64,000 nt of DNA. Origin: Euglena gracilis (lineage: Eukaryota). A model generated the notes under the pieces. That model worked only from the letters and a program-made list of their open reading frames with translations, did not search any database and had not been told where the DNA came from. Below are positions 1 through 64,000 of the stretch, in pieces (the first letter of the stretch is position 1; each line of letters starts with the position of its first letter). The translations under genes and the position numbers were made by a program. The stretch is from contig CP154954.1 in assembly GCA_039621445.1 (NCBI GenBank), positions 44,309,847 to 44,373,846 on the forward strand. The letters are read 5' to 3'.

Positions 1-853
1 GAAACTGGAGTTCAAATGCAGTCAGGAGCTGTGTCCATGGGGTCCATACCTGGCTTGCGTTTCACAGGCGGCGGCGTTCCTAAGATGTGGGTTGGTCATC
101 AAAACAACAATTTCGCAATGACAACACCGATGAAAAAAACCTTCAAAAACTATGAGTCGGAAAACCTCCCCTAACCGTTTCCCGGGTTTTCCCGTTTTTC
201 GTTTTCACCTTTGTCTTTGAAAAGCTGTGATTTTCCGAAGGGCCAAGGCTGGCAAGCCTTTCCCTCCCTCCCCCTTCCTGGAGAGGCCGAAAATTGTCGG
301 AAATTCATGTTAGATTTCCCAGGCATCTGGCGATAAACACAAGAGGAGGTTTGAGTTACACAAGAGTTGAGGTTTGAGTGAGAATGTTTTGTGACCCGTC
401 ACAAAACATTTGGGGTGTGCCCACTCCCGGGGGGGGGGGGCAGCTCACCTTCAACAACAGTCTGATCCTCGCTCTGTCGCCGAGGAACTCCCTCCCGCAA
501 CCGAGCTTGCCCGGTCGATTGGCAGACTGAGAGGACGAAGCCCTGCCAGGCGTGGGCTAGTGGCCAGGGCCGTTGGAACATCAATTGGAAAAGATCGAAC
601 CCCAATGGTTGGGCAGGCACCATCAGCACAACGACCACATGTGAAACAGCAAGGCGCAGCGATGCATGCGAACCACCCGTCAGCGTGCATGACGAACACA
701 CCAGGGGAAACAAGAGTCGCACGCACCGGCAAACCCTCGGCGAACAGCGACAGCAAGGTTCAGCCGCATCAAGCAAATGCACAACCAACACTTGACGCTT
801 GCAGACTAAATAAGGAAGTTCTCGGCCAGGGAACTTCACCATTTCACTTCACT

Positions 854-20176
<19,323 letters not shown>

Positions 20177-21187
20177 CCCCGGCCCCGACCTCAGCGCCGC
20201 GGCATCATGTGGGGGTGGGCAGGCGCCTGGAGGAGAGGTGGGGGGGGGTTGAACCCCCACCCCCATGGGGTGTCGGGCGTTCCTGTGCAGCCCTTGGGGG
20301 GGGCGGGGGGGCTGCTGATGGGGTGGAGGGGAGGACACCCACTCCGCCCCTGCAGTGCAACCAAGGAAGGGGCTGGCGGGCTCGTGAGCTGCGGTGGCCG
20401 CCGGGGCCGGTCGGGGAACGAATGGTTGACCAATCGGTTTTCTCTGGCAATCCGCAATTGTCTGTGAGTGTCTGTGCCATTGCCCGTCCCATTGCACGGC
20501 ACCGGTTGAAGATGGACCCTTTGCCAGGGATGCAACAAGGCGGCCGAGAATATGCGAATAAAGCACAAAGATGGAAAATGCCAGGCAAACTCCGCGAGAC
20601 CCTTTGGTGCTCTTGTTCTCAATGGAAAGGGGATTGGAAAGACCCATGACGTTCATGGGTGTTTAAAAACGATGCACATTTCTCATTTCCAAAAACTCAA
20701 AAACACAAATAATGCAGTGCCCTGAAATTCTAAATTACGAAAAAAAATGAACCCAACCAAACGGTGCAGAAAAGAAAGCGAAATGCAAGCTTGGATGCAA
20801 GGCCCATTGCTTCATTTGCATGCACTGAGTTTAACTGATCAAACTGATTTTAGACTTTTTTTTGGGACATTTTGACAGAGAAATAATTTTCCCCCAAAAA
20901 TTGCAATTTATTTTGAATCTTTATGCAAATTTACATATGCATTTGCATTTCATAAAAATGAACGTGCTATGAAAATAGACTGTGAAACTTTTGAAACTCT
21001 GGGAAAAGACCCTCTGAGCAGTACTACAACGGCCAAACAAAAGAAAACCATGAAAATATACATGATTCAAAAATTTGCACAATCCCAGAAACTTAATAAC
21101 ACAACCCGAAATAAAATTTTAAATCAATAATGCTTTGACATGGAACAAAAATTTGCTCTCTGTGTTGCCAACGCCTGTCAGTCAACA

Positions 21188-21203
21188 TCTGTCTGTCTGT
21201 CAA

Positions 21204-21272
<69 letters not shown>
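21188..21272. repeat. (TCTG)n microsatellite
   Basis: Direct reading. Confidence 0.95.
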
Positions 21273-21275
<3 letters not shown>

Positions 21276-21289
21276 AGGCGGTCTGGATA

Positions 21290-21815
21290 CAGGGGGGGGG
21301 GAATAATTGATATCGGAGGCCTTCGGAAAAATTGCGGAAAAATTGCGGGAAAATTGTGGAAATTGCGGAAAAAATTGCGGAAAAATTGATATCGGGTGTA
21401 CACATTTCTGTCTGAGGGGACTTAGAAATTTTTCAATTGTGAGGTTCAGAACACCGCAACACCCACGTCGATGCAGGCGAGCACAAATCAACACGCTTGA
21501 TGTTTTTTGCACAGGTGGGACGCACCCAATTCTGTAACCAGTGGTGCACCTGTGAGAAAAATTGGTAAACTGGGGGGAAAAAACAACAAAACACAATAGC
21601 ACAACTATTGATCCATTTGAAGAATGGCTTGAACTCATTGCATCTTCCATCTTCGGTGGTGGGAAAAAATTCTGCGGAAAAAAAATGGGAAAAAATTGCG
21701 GAAAAATTGCGGAAATTGCGGAAAAATTGCGGAAAATTGCGGAAAATTGCGGAAATTGCGGAAAATTGCGGAAATTGCGGAAAAATTGCGGATATCAATT
21801 TCCCCCCCCCCCCTG
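21290..21815. mobile_element. MITE family C with GGAAAATTGC subterminal arrays and a 7-bp TSD
   Basis: TIR CAG(G)nAATAATTGATATC / GATATCAATTT(C)nTG. ctggata is repeated directly on both sides. Confidence 0.88.
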
Positions 21816-23795
21816 CTGGATAAAGGCAGAAAGTCGGGTGGCTGGTTTGCTGGCTGGGTGGCAGTGTCCAAGCCTTATTCGTTCCTTGCAGATGTGGACT
21901 TCTTAGGACTCCTCGACCATACAGACTGAATCTGGGATCCAGGATATTTTGTTGTCCCTCCAGTGAAATGTCTTAAAACACCAGAAAAGCAGGAAAAAAA
22001 ACATATTGATGATTTCCCCACAGAATTCATGATTTTCAGGTGTATGAAGGCAATTGGAATTCTGGTGTGTGGATTATAGATCGGTGTGAATGATACATTG
22101 TTTCCTTCCATTTGCCATTTTTGATGTGGTGTCAAACAAATGAGCGACTCACAAACAACGTTTGATCACGTGGGAAGGTGGGACATGCTCATTGCTAAGA
22201 GTACAATCATCGGCAGGGAAAACGAAAGATTGGGCGGGGTGAGGGTGGGCGTGAGGCGTGATGGGACAAAATAATTAGAGTCGGAGGCATTCTGCGCTGG
22301 AGCCTGTGAAAACATGGCCCTTGACCCATGCTGCGAGGTACAGACACGGAGGGTGGAAGACAAGTCTGCCTTACACAAATGCACAACACACAGCACACAA
22401 GGCAGCATTGTTCCCCGAATGGCCTTTAAGAGGGACAAACTGTGTCCAGGCGCTCCTTCGCGGAGGGCGGGGTGGGGTGACTGCTTCTCTTCCCCTCCAA
22501 CAAACTTCAAGACCCCGAACATAATGCCACATCCTGTCATTTGTCCAAGAGCTGTGGAAGTGGAAAGGCAGTGCCAAACGGCGTCAGCGCAGCCAGTAGG
22601 GGGGTGGTTCGGTGAGACAGTGGGGCAGAAAGTGAGGCAGTGGAACGGGTGCGCAACACACAGCGGTGCCAGGGAGGCGTGCGAGCGGGAGGGGTGGGAG
22701 GTGAGTGCGGGTGTATAGGCAGGGCCAGCTGTGAGATCGGCCACAGCCCCAAACCAGAAGCCTGACCTGCAAGCAAAGGGGGGACCGGGAAGTGGCGGAA
22801 TGGAAATTGGGGGTTGGAATGGAATCCGGTCCAATCGTCTGCACTCACCTTTGCACCTCTCGCCACGTGCGACCCACTTTTGGCGTGGTTTGCACCGAAG
22901 ACCAAATGGAAGAAATGAAACGGGCACCGCCAAACACCAAGGCAGGAGGGGGTATATTTAGGATGGTATTGCCAATGGACTTGACAATGAGGAGGTATGT
23001 GAGAGACAGAACATTTGTTTAGTCCCAGTATTCATGGGCGGCGGGCAAGCCGAAATTGTTGAAATTGACAGGGGGTATTTAGGACCCTTGGAAAGGGCAA
23101 AAAAGCAAAAAAAAAGACTGCAAAAAGCGCTGAAATTTGACTTTATAGATCTTTTTTTGGAGGGGGCCACGTTCATCAAAATGTTTCAAAGCAATAAACA
23201 TGACCAAAGTGCAAAAATAAAAATTCTAATTCAAGACCTTTTTGCTCAAAAAAGAAAAGATCCTTCAAATTCTACTTATTTACTGTCAAATAATTAAAAA
23301 GACACTGCAAATAACAAGGAAAATCAAAAGAAAACAAAAAAAAAGGATTTCTGTGTTCCCCCATTGCACCAAGGGTGTCATGGGAACACTCGGCAAAAAC
23401 AATTATGGACTTGAAATCCGGTGGGTTTTTACTATTGGTAACGTTTGTCAAGGCTCCGTGACGAAGATGAAAATGCAAATCATTTTGGAATTTGAACATA
23501 AAAAATCTTGCCCCATCCCACGCCAAGAAGTGAAGTTCTGGATATGATTGAAGGGTAAAACTTCAGTGCAGCCAAAAATTTTTTTTCAATCCCCAAAATT
23601 TCCTTTTTGAAGAAACCCGAGGTCTTTTCAAAAAATTTAACAATTTTACGCCATCTGCTAAGGAATATGAATTATCATCATATAATGAAGTCTTAAATTA
23701 AAAATTACTCAACCCCACAACAAAATGCATGCAAAATGGTCCAAATATGAAAGTTTTCCATGCGGAAATAAATAGCACCATTTAGTGGGTCCAAG

Positions 23796-24077
23796 CATGC
23801 TTGTGCTTACCGACCGGGGGAGGAAATGGGTGGGTGCTATATGGTGCATGCCCCTAGCAGGCACCCCCTGGGGGGGGGTCTGGGGGGACCCAGAAATTTT
23901 TCATTGAAAATGGCCTTTTCCGGACCCCCGGCGCCTTCGGCGCCGGGGTCGGAGGGGGGTGCCTACTATGGGCAGGCACCCCCCAAAACCCTACCCCCCG
24001 GGGGGGTCAGATCGGGTGCCTGCCCCTAGCACCCCCCCCCCCCCCAGGGGATAGGCACCCGACTAAGCACAAGCCTG
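23796..24077. mobile_element. hAT-like MITE (family D)
   Basis: TIR CATGCTTGTGCTTA / TAAGCACAAGCCTG (13/14). Perfect TSD ggtccaag. Confidence 0.9.
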
Positions 24078-24407
24078 GGTCCAAGTTATGTTTGTGTTAA
24101 ATCATCAGTTTGGGGTGGGAAGAGCAGCATCTTTTCCCCCCATTGTATCTTTTTTTTGCACCATGAGAACTCCTAAAAGCGCCATTGTGACCATTTCTTT
24201 TCTCAAAAACTTCTTGCGCTCCACACCAGGAACTATCCTTTTTGACGCAATTATCAACTATTTCAAAATAAAGACGCCCGGCGGAGGGTTGGCAGCCACG
24301 CTGGAAGCCATCAGCGTGGCTGCTGCTGCTGCTGCTGGGAAGCTGGACCTCCTGGGGGTCCTCATGGTTTGCACCCCCCCCCCTGCCCTCGCCCTCCTGG
24401 TGCACAC

Positions 24408-25885
24408 CTACAGCGCGGTCCAGTACACGGTGGTGATGCAGTACAGGTACTTGTTGCTCTCCTCCTTGTGCATGTACAGGTTGTCGCACGTGATGTCCCA
24501 CAGGCAGGAGGAGGCCAAATGCAGCCCCGCGCCTGCGAGGAGGGGTCCCCACCGCGAACTTGTGGCTGTTGGACGGTGGGGGGGGGGGGGCTTTTTGAGG
24601 GGGGGGTTGGGGCTGGACATTGGGTTACGGCACAGGGGGGAGGAGGAAGGCGCATGGGGACCGACAGAGAGAGGTCCATCAACGCACCGGTCTTCCGCAT
24701 GATCATGCAGGTGATGACGAACTTGAAGGGTTTGTTGAGGGCGGTGAGCTTCTTCAGGCACGTCTCCACGATGGTGTTGATCCAGTGGCTGACCTAAGGC
24801 GGCAAAACGGAGGCGCCTCTCCTTCCGCTGTCGGGCAGGTCCATGGTACCCCGCTCTCGTGGGAGGGGTGCAGAATGGGACCGACCCGGGCAAATTTTTC
24901 CTTTCATGACGTTTTCGAGCCGCAACCGTGGGGTTGCTGTCTTCTTTCGAAACACTACACAGTGACTATTCAAAAGCCAGTTACCCCCCCCCCCCCAAAT
25001 AACCCGGCGGGGTGCCAGGTTATTGGAACCAACTTTTGGCCCTGACCCCCCCGCCAGGTTATTTGGACCCTTTTTTTCATCGTCGTAAAAGAATTTTGCA
25101 TAAAAAGGGGGTGCCAAGTTACTGGAACCATCTTTTTGCCCCTCCCCCCGCCAAATTATTCGGCCACTGCCAGGAGCAATGGCCCCGCCAGGTTATTTGG
25201 AGGGGTTTACTCACTTTTGTTACCTCCCTTTGGGGGATTCAGGGTCACTTTGGTAATGACAAACTGCACAGGGAAAAAAGCCGGGAAATTTCGGCGCTTG
25301 GCGACGGGGTTACTGAAGATGAAAATTCTACCCAATCCTGATACCCCCAAAAACCTCACCTTCATTTTGCATGAACTACCACTACCACTTTACCCGGGGA
25401 TAAAGAGATGTGGGGCGAAGAAAACAAAAACAGTCAGTCAGTTGGGTATGGTGATGCCCCGAACTTTTTGGTGTTATTTCGCTGTGTTCCTGTCATCTAA
25501 AGGGCCCTGCGAGCTTCTTGCTGCATACCTTCCAGCAAAGCATACCATATTGTAGGGGTAAAAATGAAAAGTGCAAGGGGCTTGCCAGGAAGGAATGGGA
25601 ACAAAAATGGACGCCCGCCCAAAGGAGCACAGGAAAGCCTGGTGGAGGGTGATCGACCCCAACCCACCCACCAGGATGGGGTGGGGGTGGTGCCACTCAC
25701 CTACAAGGTTTGCAGGTTCCCGCTCAGCCCCCCCCCCCCCCCGCCCCCCGTGCCGCGCACACGTGCACCTTGGAGTGGTCGTACTGCATGTTGCCGCCCA
25801 CCACAGAGTCCACCGCATCCTTCACGATGACGTTCACCTCCTCGGGCTGGATGGTGGTCTCCTCCGGCTGCTGGAAGTCATCCAT
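24408..25885 (-). CDS. DYNLT1: Dynein light chain Tctex-type 1 (115 aa); exons 25769-25885, 24688-24793, 24408-24532
   Basis: Two GT-AG introns join in frame: MDDFQQPEETTIQPEEVNVIVKDAVDSVVGGNMQYDHSK|VSHWINTIVETCLKKLTALNKPFKFVITCMIMRKTG|AGLHLASSCLWDITCDNLYMHKEESNKYLYCITTVYWTAL*. Typical Tctex-1 motifs (KPFK, GAGLH-x-ASSC-x-WD). Confidence 0.95.
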
Positions 25886-26361
25886 CCCGGGTGGGGTGGA
25901 GCCCTGGGGTGGAGCCGGGGGGGGGGGCTGCAGTGGTGAGGCGGGTAGACAACCTCCCTACCCCCTGTGCACCCACCCCCAACACTCACCAACCCGAGTC
26001 GCTCATGGCGCTTTGTGTCTGTGCGCGTTATATGTCGAGTGTGTATGTGTGTGCATGCGTGTGTGCACGCACGCGTTGTGTGTGTTGTGTGTGCGTGCGT
26101 GCGCGCGCGCGCGTGTGTGTGTTTGTGGGTGGGTGGGTGGGTGGGTGTGCTCTCGGTAAATGTATCGAGACTGGTTTTGGGGGGGTGATGGGTTTCTGCT
26201 TCGAAGCCTCTGATTTGTCGGTACCGGAGCTGCGGCACTGCTCCTCCGTCCAAACAACTCTTCCTATATCTGCGCCAAAAAAAACTCAGACACCCACCGC
26301 TGCAACTCTTGAGCCCTCCCCCCCCCCCGTGTAGCCACTAGCCTTCCCAGGCTTCCGTGTT

Positions 26362-26601
26362 AACACACACATACAACACATACAACACACACAACACACA
26401 CACACCCAGACCCACTCACACACCCACACCTACACACAACGCAACGCAACGCAACTCAACACACCACACCACAACACAACACAACACAACACAACACAAC
26501 ACAAACACACACAATACATACAAGGCACACACAACACACACAACACACACACACACACACACACACACATACCACACACACCTACACACCACAACACACA
26601 C
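26362..26601. repeat. Degenerate (CA)n/(CAACA)n tract
   Basis: Direct reading. Confidence 0.9.
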
Positions 26602-27199
26602 GCCTTCTAGGCAGCAGCCCTGGGTCCCGACCACACTGTTGCTTACCCGGCCCCCTGGGGGGGGTTCACGTTCCACTTTCAAAAAACCAGTCAATCCTTT
26701 CAAAAACCAGTCACCCACTTCCTTCCCCCCGTGGGGGTGGTCGGTCACTTTGGCCACTTGGCCAAAAATGGCCAAAAATCAAAGGATCTTGGTCAAAACC
26801 CCAAATTTTTTCCAGTGCCTTTGGCCAATCCAGGCCGACGCCACCCCCTGGGGGGGGGGCCAAGAACCAGTTAATGACTCCGAAAAACCAGCCAGTCACC
26901 CCTCCGGGGGGGTCGGACACACCTTTAACAATGGTATGGTCCCGGCCCATTTCCCTTGAATTGAGGTCACGGTGTCTTCAGAGTCGGGAGAGTGTACTAA
27001 AATTAATCATACCAAAAATCGAAAACAGGGTCGAAAAAAAAACAGGGTCGTCCTCTTCGTCCTCCCCCCCCCACCTTCCTTAACCTTCCTTAAAAAAGCT
27101 TTAAAAATCTGTTTGGGACAAAGCCGCAATAACAGAAAAGCCAGGCTGGATATGGGGGAGACGAAGCAGCTCAGTTCACGGTTGAGCGGGAACAAATAA

Positions 27200-62800
<35,601 letters not shown>

Positions 62801-64000
62801 ACCCTCCCCCGTTTGGCCCGGTGCTGGGGAATGAAACCAGGGGATGCCACTGCCAACTTGCGCAATGGCGCAACTAAGTTTTTCATTTCAAGAAATAAAG
62901 TTGTATTGCGCACTTGCACGTGTTTTCATTGCGCATTTGCGCAATGGGCACACTGATGTAGAATGAAAGTTTAAGAGGTACATTGTGCAGCTGCGAAATA
63001 GAAATACAAATTTTAAATTCTGAAATAATGTGGCTGTTGCGCAGATGTGGAATACATCTGCTTGAAACTCATCTCACAACGCAGGGAGAGAACGGCCCGG
63101 GTAGAGAACCCCCCCAAATAATGTTCCCCCAGAAATATTATTTGGCCAGACGAAATCCGCCTCGGGGGGGGGGGAGTGGGTATTATTTGGGGGGATCATT
63201 ATTTGGCGAAATGTTTCGCAATTTATTGGGGTATAAAATTTTGACCGTGAAATGCACTGTATCAATGTTGAACGCCATCAACACCCAGGGTGGGTGGAAT
63301 TTTTGTCTCAAAAATGTGCAATTTGGTATTCTCCCTTCTGCTTTCAATCTAAACATGGTAGAATCCATGAAAATTTGTCAAATCATGCCCCCAGCTCGCG
63401 CAATATACCTCTGAAATTTTGAATCAACACAAGTGTGCCCATTGCACAGATGCACAACAATTGTCAACTTTGAACTTTTTATTTAGATCACTGTGGGGGG
63501 AGAGAGCGGTCCTGGAAATATCTCAACACCAGAGCTGACAGAGCTAAGGTGAATGGAAGCCTTGCCTGGAACAAGAAACCACCCCCTTGTGCGTTAATGC
63601 AACCAACATCTTCTTCATGTCCATACGTGCCTTTGTAAGTCCAATTCCAGTGCCGGAGGTTCTATTTTGCAATCTTTTTTGAAACCCGGCAGTGAAACCC
63701 ACCCTTGTCACCCTTTGGTCCCGATGAGACCCTCTACGATAAGACCTACATCATTTGCAAATGTTGGGACCCAGAAACCAGGAGTTTTCATTTTGGTTTC
63801 GGCCTGTGCACCATGTTAAAAAAAGTTCAAAGCCCCAGGTTTGAACTCCGGGACACGTGAATTTTCCCAAATGCAATGGACATTCTAATAGCAGGTGTAT
63901 ATGAAAGTTTGCATGCTGTGGGAAACGGCGGTGGATTGAGGAGAATGATGAGGGTGTGCACTACTGTGTCCAGATGCTGGGTTGGTAGTTTTGAATTATA

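Noticed and set aside
25886-25940. CTGCAG upstream of the Tctex-1 ATG as a spliced-leader acceptor
   Set aside because: Plausible for a euglenid but cannot be distinguished from other AGs without RNA data.

Overview
Repeat-rich eukaryotic nuclear DNA, most consistent with a euglenid (Euglena-like) genome; this is inferred from the mix of GT-AG introns and stem-closed non-GT-AG introns. Three minus-strand loci are visible. (1) A ~25-exon gene (854-20176, ~950-1000 aa) that I reconstruct by hand as SAM domain + bestrophin-like membrane channel + second SAM domain. (2) A 3-exon Tctex-1 dynein light chain (24408-25885). (3) A long, poorly resolved multi-exon locus (~27.2-62.8 kb). Introns and spacers are packed with CA(G)...(C)TG-ended non-autonomous TIR elements, many with 8-bp target-site duplications (hAT-like). 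Main observation: two such MITEs (6450-6840, 17699-17996) sit inside reconstructed coding sequence. Removing the element plus one 8-bp TSD (3 nt upstream, 5 nt downstream) gives the euglenid nonconventional-intron geometry (CAG at +4..+6, CTG at -8..-6; exact for the first, CGG for CTG in the second) and restores the frame. Older introns of the same gene keep that register with decayed TSDs, which looks like an intron-generating MITE system at several ages. Larger TIR elements carry cargo: a CRESS-virus Rep-like fossil, an extremely AT-rich island, and satellites. Exon boundaries are manual predictions without RNA data.
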